Origin: Chiloscyllium plagiosum
Lineage: Eukaryota
NCBI RefSeq assembly: GCF_004010195.1
Contig: NC_057749.1
Location: 25,326,234 to 25,363,495 of the forward strand
Direction: 5' to 3'
DNA length: 37,262 bases
The translations under genes and the position numbers were made by a program. The notes under the pieces are model-generated. The model searched no databases, was not told where the DNA came from, and was given only the letters and a program-made list of their open reading frames with translations. Below, in pieces: positions 1 to 11,562 of the stretch (within the stretch, counting starts at the first letter, position 1; each line of letters opens with the position of its first letter).

Positions 1-346
1 GGATAGGGTGAATAGACAAGGTCTTTTCCCTGGGGTGGGGAGTCCAGAACTAGAGGGGCATAGGTTTAGGGTGAGAGGTGAAAAGTTTAAAAGGGACCTA
101 AGGGGCAACTTTTTCACACAGAGGATAGGTAGTGTGTGTATGGAATGAGCTGCCAGAGGAAGTGATGGAGGCTGGTACAATTGTAACATTTAAAAGGCAT
201 TTGGATGGGTATATGAATAGGAAGGGTTTGGAGGGATATGGGCCAGATGCTGGCAAATGGGACTAGATTGGGTTAGGATATCTGGTCGGCATGGACCAAT
301 TGGACCAAGGGGTCTGTTTCCGTGTTCTACAGCTCTATGACTCTAT
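1..346 (+). mobile_element. CR1/HER1-type LINE 3' end
   Basis: RT C-terminal motif (tggaatgagctgccagaggaagt, WNELPEEV), 3' UTR and ctatgactctatg tail. Confidence 0.9.
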
Positions 347-711
347 GTGTCTTCGCTGACCATTTCTAATGGAGAGTAGGCCCTGACACCTATTGGAGAT
401 GTCTGCTGGAAATATGGTGTGGCTGGCCTGAGCTCTCCCTTTTGTGGGTGCGGCCTAATCTGTGGTCCATTGGAGGCCCCAACCATTCCCGTGAGTGAAC
501 AAATAGCAGAAGTGTAAATTGGGTGTCGCTGCCATTGATGTTCACACTGTGACAGACTCTCTGTACATGAGGGGATTTGAGGCGAAAGGCTGGTGTAGCT
601 GTCAGGGGCCTGTAGGATTGAGGTAGAACTGGGAGGGCAATCTTTCTACTGTAGGTTCTGCATGAGCTGACCATGAAAGGTCGGGGCCTCCACTGGACCA
701 CTGACTAAGCC

Positions 712-810
712 CATTCCTGATGAAGGGCTTTTGCCCGAGACGTCAATTTTCCTGCTCCTCTGATTCTGCCTGACCTGCCGTACTTTTCCAGCACCACTCT
801 AATCTTGACA
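712..810 (+). mobile_element. Penelope-like element terminal fragment with hammerhead-like motif
   Basis: cctgatgaagggcttttgcccgagacgtc...gcctgacctg...ttttccagcaccact, the same sequence that terminates the PLE at 31538-32508. Confidence 0.7.
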
Positions 811-1294
811 CTGACTAGGCTCAACCCAACTGGTCACCAGCTAGATATTTTCCCATCCACTTTCCCATGAAGTCAATCGACCTGAGGGCTTCTGGAACAC
901 ATTCAACTCATCTTGATGGAAACTTGGACTGGGGACAGCCTACTTCACAATTGTCGCTGCTTTAACCCCGGTCTTAGCATCCATCGGGTCCATTATTCCA
1001 TTTAAACCTATAAATACTGAACCTGTCCGACACAGCCTAATGGCATTCCACCCTTCAAAGCATCTAGCTGCATAGTGTTAGCCAGAGTCTCAGATCAATT
1101 ATTTAGTGTATGAAGGAAGGAATTGGATCTTGTTTGGTCCCATCTCTCTGGATCTACACTTTCAATCTTTCCTATGAATACCAGATAGCCAACCCTCCCT
1201 CCTTCCCCCTTCCCACATACTCTCTGGGATGAATCAGAGAATGATACAACATGCAGGATTAGCGCTAAGTTCATCATTCCTGTTTCACCCCCTC

Positions 1295-1911
1295 GCTCTT
1301 GAAGTTGGTCAGAGTATTGAGTACAGGATTTGGGAGGTCATGGTGCAGCTGTACAGAACATTGGTTAGACCACTGTTGGAATATTGTGTGCAATTCTGGT
1401 CTCCTTCCTATCGGAAGGATGTTGCGAAACTTGAAAGGGTTCAGAAAAGATTTACAAGGATGTTGCCAGGCTTGGAGGGTTTGAGCTATAGGGAGAGACT
1501 GAACAGGCTGGGGCTGTTTTCTCTGGAGCGTCGGAGGCTGAGGGGTGACACTATAGAGGTTTATAAAATCATGAGGGGCATGTATAGGATAAATAGACAA
1601 AGTCTTTTTCCTGGGGTGGGGGAGTCCAGAGGCATAGGTTTAGGGTGAGAGAGGAAAGATATAAAAGACACCTAAAGGGTAACCTTTTTACACAGGGGGT
1701 GGTATGTGTATGGAATGAGCTGCCAGAGGAAGTGGTGGAGGCTGGTACAATTGCAACATTTAAGAGGCATCTGGATGGGTATATGAACAGGAAGGGTTTG
1801 GAAGGATATGGGCCGGGTGTTGGCAGGTAGATTGAGTTGGGATATCTCGTCGGCATGGACGAGTTGGACCAAAGGGTCTGTTTCTGTGCTGTACATCTCT
1901 ATGACTCTATA
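1295..1911 (+). mobile_element. CR1/HER1 LINE, 5'-truncated
   Basis: ORFs 1229-1648 (LYRTLVRPLLEYCVQFWSP...KLERVQKRFTRM) and 1645-1830 are CR1 RT C-terminus; typical tail. Confidence 0.95.
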
Positions 1912-2548
1912 GGCAACTCTATTCGAGGCATGATTTCCCTCGAAATCATGGGGTGGGGGAGGTAGGGTGGGGTTGGGCAGTAGTGAATGGGGGTTAAGAT
2001 ACTGAATTCCTCTTAGATTTAATGTGCAGTCATTGAATCGTGTACAAACAAATGGAAGGGGCAGATTTGTTTGTGTTTGTCCTTCCACTTTGGGAGCAGG
2101 TTAACAGGCAGCCGCAGTGGGGATCTAACCACAACCTCACATTCCTGAGTGTCAACTCTTCTACTTCTCTGCTACACGGTTATGATCAAAGCACCAGCAC
2201 AGACATTCGCTGACCACACCATCATGTATTTCCAAGCCTCCCGTTCCCATTCTTTGCTTCCGAAATTACAACGCAGCACATTATAACACAAATTTCCCCC
2301 CCCCCGTATACTAAACGAAGACATCAGTCATGAACATATTCAGTTCTGAGTATCACTGGATCTGAAATGTTCGTTCTACTTTCTCTCCACAGATGCTAGT
2401 AGTCCTGCTGAGCTTTTCCAGCAATTGTTGGTTTTCTTTCTGATTTCCAACATCTGCAGTTGTTGTAAGGATAGCAGGTTTCCTTCCTTGAGGACTTTGG
2501 TGAACCAGCTGAGTTCTTACACCAATCAATGCTAGAACTGGAGAAAAC

Positions 2549-2790
2549 CTGTGTCTTTGTGTGTGTGTTGGTGAATGTGCATGTGAGTGAATGTGTATGT
2601 GTGAGAGCATGTGTGTATGAATGTGTGTCATTGTGGGGGTGTATGTGTAAATGTGTGTGTATATGAATGTGTGTGTGAGCGGGTGTGTGAACGTGTGCGC
2701 GAATGTGTGTCTTTCTTCGTGTGTGCGAGCATTTGTGTGTGTGTGCGTGCATGTGAGTTTGAGTGTGTGTCTGTGTACCTTTATGTATGT
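2549..2790. repeat. Degenerate (TG)n microsatellite
   Basis: TG-rich run; explains the His/Thr and Cys/Val low-complexity ORFs. Confidence 0.9.
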
Positions 2791-2794
2791 AGTG

Positions 2795-3072
2795 TTTTTT
2801 TATTCATTCACAGAATGTGAGCATCATTGGCTAGTTCAGCATTTATTGCCCATCCCAGACGACAGTTAAGAATCAACCACATTACTGTGCGTCTGAGTCA
2901 CATGGAAGCAGTTTCCTTCCATAGAGGACACAGATGGATTCATAGACATTGAATTCCGCATTTTCATTGCATTCGAATCCCCATGATCTGCCATTTTGGG
3001 ATTCCAACTCAGGACCCTAGAACGTTACCTGAGTCTCGGGATTAACATTCCAGCAATAATACCAGCAGGCCA
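2795..3072 (-). mobile_element. tRNA-derived SINE (family B), degenerate
   Basis: Reverse complement of the element at 16104-16430 (gcatttattgcccatccc...cagttaagaatcaaccacatt). Confidence 0.7.
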
Positions 3073-3877
3073 TCGTGTGTGTTTGTATATGTGTGTGTGT
3101 GTCTGTGTGAGTGTTTGTGAGTGTGTGTGTATGTGTGTGCATGCGCGTGCATGTGTATCATGCAATTGGGAAGATGCTGAATCTGTGGAATACTTTACCC
3201 TAGATGACTGCAGTAACTCTGCCATCAAATATGATCAAGCTGGAGACTGATAGATTTCTGATTATTAACACACCACGTGACATGGGGATAGTGTGGGAGA
3301 AATGGCATCAAGATAGAAGATCTGCTAAATGGTGGTGCAGGGATGGACCAAATGTCCTCCACTTGCTCTTGTTTCCTTGGTTCCTAATGAACAGCACTGT
3401 GCTGTCTGTGGAATCCTGCTGTGACCTTGCAGCATTGACAATGCTTCATTAATTACAAAGTGCACAGGGTGAGGCTGGGAGGGGCACAAGCGAGCACTTC
3501 TATAAAACACCAGGGGGCGTCTGACTCCAGTTGGGTGACCTTTCATTGTGTGAGGCTTCTCACGGAAAGCTGGGACACAGAGGGAGGGCTCCCTGCACCG
3601 TGCAAACCGTACTGTTCCACTCCGGAACTACTGGGTCATTAGTGGAACCTGCTCTGTTATCTATCTCCTGCAGCCAATGCTTGGAATGGCAGTGTCTGTG
3701 GAAACATAACAAGCATTAGCATTTGAAAAGGCCTCTGTGCAGTACCCACCTGCTGGGAACTTTGAAGGGTTCAACCTGGTAACTGAGTCATGCCCACAGA
3801 CACCTCAAGAGAAATAAAGAGCTGTTTCATCTCCAGGAGTTGTAACGGCCACTTTCAATTAATCTTCGCGGTCATTC

Positions 3878-3935
3878 CATATGTGTCGTTTTCCTGTAGA
3901 CGCTGGTTTGAAGTTCCCCATTGGCTGTTCACTTT
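3878..3935 (-). mobile_element. Penelope-like RT fragment
   Basis: Minus strand encodes TANGELQTSVYRKTTHM, resembling the PLE/TERT-like 'TxVYRKPTH' motif. Confidence 0.65.
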
Positions 3936-3961
3936 ACTGCAACACCTAGGAAATGCAGTTT

Positions 3962-3968
3962 GTTGAGT

Positions 3969-4003
<35 letters not shown>

Positions 4004-4155
4004 TATGGGAGAGACAGAATGTATGTGAGAGAAAGTGTAAGTGAGAGAGAGCGTACGTGAGAGAGAGTGTAAATGAGAGAGTGTGCTGAGAGTGTGAATA
4101 AGTGAGTGAGAGTGTGCGTGTGCATGTGTATGATCGCACTTGCACATGCGTGTGA
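3962..4155. repeat. (GA)n/(GT)n microsatellite
   Basis: Direct inspection. Confidence 0.9.
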
Positions 4156-5172
4156 GAACGCAGTTGGGAGTGTGTGCCCTTGTTCCGAAGTCCTTTGCCA
4201 GGTCATTTAGTTCCTCCCAACCTATTCTCAAATCCCTGAATTATCGTTGTCAGCTCAATTGGCTCATCCCTCAAACCTTGAATGCAAGGGATTCCCAATC
4301 TAGTCCATGTGATCTGTTGCCATCACTTAACCCTATTGGTCCTGGTGGCATTCACATCGAGACCAATATATCCTTCCAACATCGGGCTCGTGTAATAGTG
4401 TTCCTACCTCTGGGCCAGAAGGTCTGGGTTCACGTCTCACTTTGCCCACCAATGTGTCATAAAATGTGATGAGGCTGATCCAAACCATTCTGAGCTTAAG
4501 AAGCATTAAATAAGGTACCTGATATTCCACAATGCACTCTAAGCACGGCTTCCACCCTATTAGCCTCATCCTGTTATCAACATGGATCAACCTCAGTCCA
4601 GGGACCTCCAATCATTCCCCAACATCAGCATCTGGAAAAGAGAATCCGAGGTTTCTACTTTGTGTGAGATGATGGTTGTGTCACTGACCCCTGAACCACT
4701 GCACTGTCCTCACTCAAAGAGATGCTCCTCATTGTTCCTACAACATCCATCTCCAGTACAGCTGAGCCGGGAGGGGCCGTTGGCTATGGATACACACTTG
4801 TATTTCATTCAACAGATGAGAGAAAAAACAGAGGCTTTCGGGCACAACTCTGACTCCAGGTCCTTTGAGCCTGCTCTGTGCATTCAGTAGAGATCGGGGC
4901 TAATCGAGTTGTGAATCCAACCAGGTCTAGGGAGAGAAACTCAGTGCGAGCTCCTGGTCTGAGCCACTGACACAGGTACAGGATCCCTAGCCTCTGCCCA
5001 GACACTGCAGGCCCCCAAGAGGCCTGGGCAGTGATTTTTTTCAATCACTCGTGGGATGAAGGCATTACTCACTAGGCCAGCATTTATTGTCCATCCATAA
5101 TTGCCCCAGAGGGCAGTTAAGAGTCAACCACATTGCTGTGGGTCTGGAGTCACGTGTAGGCCAGAGAAGGGG

Positions 5173-5690
5173 AGGTGGTGGTATAATCGCTGAACTGTTA
5201 ATCCAGAGACCCAGGTAACATTCTGGGGACCTGGGTTCAAATCCTTTCACGACAGATGGCGGAATTTGAATTTAATAAATTTCTGGAATTAAGAATCTAA
5301 CGATAATCATGGATCCAATGTCAATTGTTGGAAAAACCCAAGGTGGTGGTATAATCGCTGAACTGTTAATCCAGAGACCCAGGTAACATTCTGGGGACCT
5401 GGGTTCAAATCCTTTCACGACAGATGGCGGAATTTGAATTTAATAAATATCTGGAATTAAGAATCTGACGATAATCATGAATCCATTGTCAATTGTTGGA
5501 AAAACCCATCTGGTTCACTAATGCCTTTTAGGGAATGAAACTGCCATCTTACCTGGTCTGGCCTTCATGTGACTCCAGACCCACAGCAATGGGGTTGACT
5601 ATCAACTGCCCTCTGCGCAATTAATAATGGACAATAAATGCTGAGTCTCTAGTGATGCTCACATTCCGTGCATAAATAAAGGAAAGAAAA
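5173..5690 (+). mobile_element. tRNA-derived SINE (family B) with a 168-bp internal tandem duplication (5173-5340 / 5341-5508)
   Basis: B-box gggttcaaatcc in both units; body and tail match 16104-16430; A-rich end. Confidence 0.85.
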
Positions 5691-6288
5691 AAAGGACGGC
5701 TAAAAGATATTAGTGAACCAATGAGCTAGTCCAACTATCGACTTTGGAGTCACGATCATCATTAGACTCCAATTTGAACCTGTTTCCTCAGAAAACATAA
5801 CTGGCTGCGTGGATTAGTCCAATGACACTACTACTAGTCCACTGCCCCCTCCATTGTAATGCAGTCAGTCAGATTGACCGAAGAAAATATGAGTTCCCTG
5901 ATTGGGGCTGTTAATCTGGTCCAGTCAGGGAGCCCTAGCTGACAGATAAATAGGAGTTTCCCCTCCAATTCTATTCTGATTTAATCCCAACCCTCCCTCT
6001 TTCACATTCCTCATGTAAGCACTGTCCTTTCTGGGCTTTCCTTGTTACTGGCTCACTGGCCATTTGGTGTTTTCCTGGTGGTGGAAATGTTTGGAATAAA
6101 TCTTTTGCACAATGGTGTCTTTGTACTGAGCCACTACACACAGACACACACACACAACACAGGGAAAATATAAGCACTACCGCTGTGAAATGGTAGTATC
6201 GGGGATTTTAAAACAAAATGATAAAAAATAAAGGAGTGTCAGGGGTTCGGTTCAATCATGGAGCTGACTCAAACTATAGTAATACTAA

Positions 6289-7287
6289 AGTGTGGTGGTG
6301 GAGGGTAACTTTTCAGACTGGAGGCCTGTGACCAGTGGAGTGCCACAAGGACCGGTGCTGGGTCCTCTACTTTGACATAGGATGTATGGTTAGTAAGTTT
6401 GCAGATGAGGTTTAGTGGATAGCAAAAAAGCTTACCTCAGAATACAGAGGGACCTTGATCAGATGGGCCAATGGGCCGAGTGACAGATGGAGTTTAATTC
6501 AAATATGAGAGGCTGTATTTTGGAAAGGCAAGTCTTAGCAGGACTTATACACTTAATGGTAAGATCCTGCGGAGTGTTGCTGAACAAAGAGATCTTGGAG
6601 TGCAGGTTCATAGTTCCTTGAAAGTGGATTTGCAGGTAGATAGGATAGTGAAGATGGTGTTTGCTATCCCTTGCCTTTATTGGTCAGTGTATTGAGTATA
6701 GAAGTAGGGAGGTCATGTTGCAGCTGTACAGGACATTGGTTATGCCACTATTGGGATATTGTGTGCAGTTCTGGTTTCTAAGCTGTAGAAAAGATGTTGT
6801 TAAACTTGAAAGGGGTCAGAAAAGATTTGCAAGAATGTTGCCAGGGTTAGAGGATTTGAGCCGAATAGGCTGGGGCTGTTTCCCTGGAGCGTTTGAGGCT
6901 TAGGGGTGACCTTATAGAGGTTTACAAAATCACGAGGGGCATGGACAGGATAAATAGAGAAGATCTATTCCCCGGAGTGGGGGAGTCCAAAACTAGAGGG
7001 CATAGGTTTAGGGTGACAGAGGAAAGATTTAAAAGGGACCTAAGGGACAGCTTTTTAACAGAGGGTGGTGTGTGTATGGAATGAGCTGCTAGAGTAAGTG
7101 GTGGAGGCTGGTACAATCACAACATTTAAAAAGCATCTGGATGGGTATAGGAATAGGAAGGGGTTTGGAGGGATATGGGCGGAATGCTGGCAAATAGGAC
7201 CAGTTTAATTTAGGATACCTGATCTGCATGGACGAGTTGCACTGAAGGGTCTGTTTCCGTGCTGTACATCTCAATGACTCTATGACT
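6289..7287 (+). mobile_element. CR1/HER1 LINE RT fragment with 3' tail
   Basis: SGVPQG motif (agtggagtgccacaagga), KFAD motif (aagtttgcagatga), LYRTLV, gactctatga tail. Confidence 0.93.
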
Positions 7288-7449
7288 GTTTGTGTGTAAA
7301 TAAAGGGAGAGTCAGCAGCAGGTTTCTAGCCTCTGAGGAGTTATTTCAGCCTGGACCTCAGTTAATGGAGTCTGATGTCCTCTACCCCCCCCGCCCATCC
7401 TGAGCTCCACTTTCCTGCCTGTCCCCACCACAATTTGCCACTTTCTCCT

Positions 7450-7900
7450 TGTAAGACAGTCCCTCCAAACCTGGTATCAGTCCTATGAACTTCCTCTTGT
7501 CTGCCTTCAATGCCAATATATCCCTCCTTCAATAAGGGGCCCAAAACTGTTCACAATAATCCAGCTGTGGTCTGACTAGTGCTAAGTGCTGACTGGATTG
7601 CTAAGTTATCCTCATCACTGCCTTACAAACCTCTTGTCTTTAACCCCCGCCATGATTCTAGATATCCCAACATGAGGAAACCTCCTGTCAGCACCCACCC
7701 TGTAAAACCCCTTCAAGATCCTTAACGTTTCAGTAAGATTGACTGAGCTGCAAAGAATATCGGCCCAACCTATTCAACCTTTGCTCAAAAGTCCTTCATC
7801 TCAGGAATGAGTTGAGTGAACATTCTACAATTATATCCTTTTACAAATAAGGAGACTAAAATTGTAAACAACATCCTCTGTCTGGTCTCACCAAAGTCCT
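7450..7900 (-). mobile_element. Degenerate CR1 fragments
   Basis: Reverse complement of LVRPQLDYCEQFW-like RT sequence. Confidence 0.6.
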
Positions 7901-7904
7901 TGGA

Positions 7905-8790
7905 TTGAAAATTAGGGTAATAGGGAAGGCCTTCATTTCAAAGGGAATGGGGTATTCAAGGAGAGTGGGCGAAAGTAAGCACTGCAGATTAGAAAGTAAG
8001 CACCAAGAGTATGGTGCTGGAAAAGCACAATAAGATCCAAGGAACAGGACAGACAATGTTTCGGGAAAAAAGTCCTTCAATGACTCTCCTGCTCCTCGGA
8101 TGCTGCCTGACCTGCTGTGCTTTTCCAGCGCCACCCTTTTCAACTAGTTAAACCACAGCTGGATTACTGTGAACAGCTTTTGCGCTCATTATCTAAGGCA
8201 GGATATATACTGGCATTGAAGGCAGAACACAAAGTTCACTGGACCGACACCAGGTAAGGAAGGACTGTCTTATGAAGAAAGCTTGAGTAGGTCGGTCTTG
8301 TACTCGTTGGAGTTTGGAATGAGAAGTGAACTTATTGAAACAGACAGGACTCTTAGCGTAGATGTGGAGAGATTATTTCTCCTTGTGGGTCCTTCTTGGT
8401 CCACAGGGAATAATCTCAGAGTAAGGAGTGACCCATTTAATACAGAAAGGAGGAGAAATTTCTTCACTCAGAAGTTAATGAATCCGTGGAATTCTTTGCT
8501 GCTGTTGAGGCAGGCTAAGTAGATCCACCGCTGAGACAGACAGGTTTGTCATCATTAAGAGTTACAGCGAAAAGGCAGGAAAGTGGAGTTAAAGGTGATT
8601 AGTTCAGCCATGACCTTATTGATTGGTGGATCAGACTTGATGGGCTGAATGGCATACTCCCATGTCTTATAACCGAGCTGCGAAGGAATTTATTCTCTCA
8701 GTGATTATCTGGAATTTTCTTCCCAGTGAGTTTTAGCAACTACATCACCGAAAGAATTTTAAAGGAGCTGGATAGATTTTGGAAGTATCG
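7905..8790 (+). mobile_element. Older CR1 fragments interrupted by a palindromic PLE terminus (about 7972-8142)
   Basis: RRNFFTQKLMNPWNSL motif; inserted gctggaaaagcaca...tgtgcttttccagc. Confidence 0.75.
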
Positions 8791-8804
8791 GGGACATATA
8801 GATT

Positions 8805-9108
8805 CCCTACACTGGCCCTTCGGCCCAACAAGTCCACACTGACCCTCTGAAGAGTAACCCACCCCCAGACCCATTCCCTGCATTTTCCCCAGACTAATGC
8901 ACCTAAACCTACACATCCCTGAACACTAGGGGCAATTTAGCATGGCCACGCACATCTTTGGACTGTGGGAGGAAACCGGAGCACCCAGAGGAAACCCACA
9001 CAGACACGGGGAGAATGTGCAAACTCCACACAGACAGTCGCCTAACGCTGGAATCGAACCTGGGTTCTTGGCCCTGCGGGGCAACAGTGCTAACCACTGA
9101 GCCACCGT
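8805..9108 (-). mobile_element. HE1-type V-SINE
   Basis: tRNA-like head (ggtggctcagtggttagcact...ggttcgattcc), V-domain tgtgtggagtttgcacattctccccgtgtctg, CR1-like tail. Confidence 0.92.
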
Positions 9109-9395
9109 GATGGTGTTATAAGAGAGTTCAGGCCCAGGGCAGGCCAGCAACGATCCTTTAGAATGATAGGGCAGCCTTGAGGGGCCAAATGGACTACTCT
9201 TGCTCCTATTTCTTCTTCTCTACATCTGTAGTAATCCTTCTACATTTTATATTCTATTCCCCTTACAATAAACCATCTTTTCTTTTCTAAGATGTGGCTA
9301 AGTTCTGACAAACTCCTGAAGTGGTTAGTAACAAATGTTTTGCATATTAACTTTAGAAACATGACCACACTTTTTCATTAAAACACGGATGAGAA

Positions 9396-9401
9396 TTTAT
9401 T
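9396..9401 (-). promoter_or_regulatory. Candidate NEIL1 polyadenylation signal AATAAA
   Basis: tttatt on + strand, about 290 nt downstream of the copy A stop, in AT-rich non-repetitive sequence. Confidence 0.55.
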
Positions 9402-9691
9402 CCAGTTAAAAATAAAACTAGACCTTCATTTAAAAAATAGAATGAATTTTTTTTAAAAATCACATTGTTTAACAAGGTTCACTCGATGTATTCCAAAGTG
9501 GGTACAGGGAGCAGTGAATGGGTAGGACAGGTTGCCTGGAAACCAGAAATATCAGGAATTGTCATCTCCTGGGGAACATATCCCTACAGACAACGGTGCA
9601 AATTAACTTCTGCACTGCTTGCTGATACGATCTGCTTTCTCTGCACATCCTTATTCAATCTTATATATATCTGTTGCTTAATAAAACCACT

Positions 9692-9789
9692 CTAATCCAA
9701 AGATTCCGATTTTACAAGAGAGCCTGAGGCCTGCTTCCTCGATTTGGTCCTAGTTTTCCTTGGTCGTTTGTTTAGGTTTTCAGATTCTG
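9692..9789 (-). CDS. neil1: NEIL1 terminal coding exon, copy A (distal)
   Basis: Strong (CT)n tract and NAGNAG acceptor ctgtcag|CAG|AATCTG; phase 1; encodes (A)ESENLNKRPRKTRTKSRKQASGSLVKSESLD then TAG (9694-9692), followed by an AT-rich 3' UTR with AATAAA. Confidence 0.78.
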
Positions 9790-10511
9790 CTGACAGAGAG
9801 AGAGCGAGAACAATGAATTCGCACAATAGAGTCATAGAGAGCTACACCATGGAAACAGCCTTTCCTGATGAAGGCCTTATGCCCGAAACATCACCTCCCC
9901 TGCTCTTCGGATGCTGCCTGACCTGCTGTGCTTTTCAAGCACCACAGTTTTCGAACCAGCCCTTCACCCTAACAGATCCATGCTCCTTCGTATTCACCGA
10001 TTCTAGGTTTTATTAATTAAATTTAAATGCCATTATCAACTGCCTTAAGGGGATATTTGAAAATTCATTTTTTTAATGGGATGAGGACATTGCTGGCTAG
10101 GCCAGCATTGATTTTACAAGAGAGCCTGAGGCCTGCTTCCTCGATTTGGTCCTAGTTTTCCTTGGTCGTTTGTTTAGGTTTTCAGATTCTGCTGACAGAG
10201 AGAGAGCGAGAACAATGAATTCGCACAATAGAGTCATAGAGGGCTACACCATGGAAACAGCCCTTCCTGATGAAGGGCTTATGCCTGAAACATCACCTCC
10301 CCTGCTCTTCGGATGCTGCCTGACCTGCTGTGCTTTTCAAGCATCACAGCCTTCGAACCAGCCCTTCACCCTAACAGATCCATGCTCCCTCGTATTCACC
10401 GATTCTAGGTTTTATTAATTAAATTTAAATGCCATTATCAACTGCCTTAAGGGGATATTTGAAAATTCATTTTTTTAATGGGATGAGGACTTTGCTGGCT
10501 AGGCCAGCATT
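9708..10511. repeat. 402-bp direct tandem duplication (9708-10109 / 10110-10511)
   Basis: Near-identical copies with a handful of substitutions; the ORF track shows twin 90-aa ORFs offset by 402. Confidence 0.97.
10097..10191 (-). CDS. neil1: Duplicated NEIL1 terminal exon, copy B (proximal); alternative ending ...SGSLVKSMLA*
   Basis: Identical acceptor and coding sequence inside the 402-bp duplication; the frame crosses the breakpoint into SINE-tail sequence and stops at TAG 10099-10097. Confidence 0.5.
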
Positions 10512-10645
10512 TATTAAGAGTCAACCACATTGCTGTGGGACTGGAGTCACATGTGGGCCAGACCAGGTAAGGATGGCAGATTCCTTTCCTAAAGGGCATT
10601 AGTGAGCCAGATGGGTTTTTCCTGACAATTGATAGTGGATTCATA
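10465..10645 (-). mobile_element. tRNA-derived SINE (family B) 3' part
   Basis: gctggctaggccagcatttatt...gagtcaaccacattgctgtggg...ccaggtaaggatggcag. Confidence 0.8.
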
Positions 10646-10654
10646 GAATTTTTA

Positions 10655-10910
10655 CAGCAAACAGGCCATTTGGCCTAACAAGTCCACACAGACCCTCCAA
10701 ATACTATCCCACTCAGACCCTTCCTCTACCCTATTAGTCTACATTTATCCCTGACTAACGCACCTAACCTACACATCCCTGAACACTATGGGCAATTTAG
10801 CACAGCCAATTCTAATACAGCACTGACCTGTACATCTTTGGACTGTGGGAGGAAACAGGAGCACCACAGTTGCCCGAGGCTGAAATCAAACCCAGGTCCC
10901 TTTAGGGATC
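10655..10910 (-). mobile_element. HE1-type V-SINE, internally deleted
   Basis: Matches 8805-9108. Confidence 0.8.
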
Positions 10911-11068
10911 AGCAATAAAGGCTGGCTTAGGCACTCAAACAAATTTGAGTTTAATCTCTTGCATTTGAGAGATTTCCCGGAGAAGCTAGTCGCCCACTGT
11001 TCCTGGCTATTGTTCCGGAATTTCCCAACCTGCTTTTCTGTCGGACAGCTGACAGTTTGCCTCATTAC

Positions 11069-11273
11069 CTGCCGGAGCCTCCGGGGATTTGGCTTCCGAA
11101 CTCTTCCCACGCCGAGCGGCCTTTTTCCTGGTTCCCTCCCTAGCCTGTACTGTCTCGGCAGTCTGCCCTCTATCCGCCTTGCGACTCCGGCCCCTCTTCC
11201 GGGAAGGATCCGCGGGGACTCTGCAGGTTCTCCGCTGCTCCGATTTCACCCTCCCTTTGCTCGATTCGGAGTC
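11069..11273 (-). CDS. neil1: NEIL1 penultimate coding exon; 205 nt, phase 0 to 1
   Basis: tttcgtcactag|GAC...GCA G|gtaatg; open frame DSESSKGRVKSEQRRTCRVPADPSRKRGRSRKADRGQTAETVQAREGTRKKAARRGKSSEAKSPEAPA; starts with Asp in phase 0 and ends in phase 1, as recalled for the human exon. Confidence 0.85.
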
Positions 11274-11324
11274 CTAGTGACGAAACATAAACGGCGCTCA
11301 ACGGTGAACCGAAACAAAAAAATG

Positions 11325-11545
11325 CCGCAGTTGCCGGAAATCTGAACTGGATCAGGAATTGCTGGAGAAACTCAGCAGGGTCTGGCAGCATCTGTGGAGA
11401 GAGAAACCGAGTTAACGTTTCAAATCCAGTGACCTGTTTGGAATTTTGCCGCTGGACTCGAAATATTAACTCTATTTCTCTCTCCACAGACGCTGCCAGA
11501 CCTGCTGAGTTTCTCCAGCACTTTTCTGCATTTGTTTCAGATTGT
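11325..11545. mobile_element. Palindromic (fold-back) PLE-terminus element
   Basis: gctggagaaactcagcagggtctggcagcatctgtggagagagaaa ... tttctctctccacagacgctgccagacctgctgagtttctccagc inverted arms. Confidence 0.8.
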
Positions 11546-11562
11546 TATGTTTTAGTTTGGAA

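Noticed and set aside
2353..4231. His/Thr-, Cys/Val- and Ser/Leu-rich ORFs
   Set aside because: Translations of microsatellites.
350..4800. Expected 3' end of MAN2C1 (convergent neighbour of NEIL1 in human)
   Set aside because: No MAN2C1-like peptide could be read on the + strand; 'CDLL' in ORF 4140-4469 lacks supporting context.
5855..5960. Possible LTR start (tgtaatgcagtcag...)
   Set aside because: No matching end or TSD could be found.
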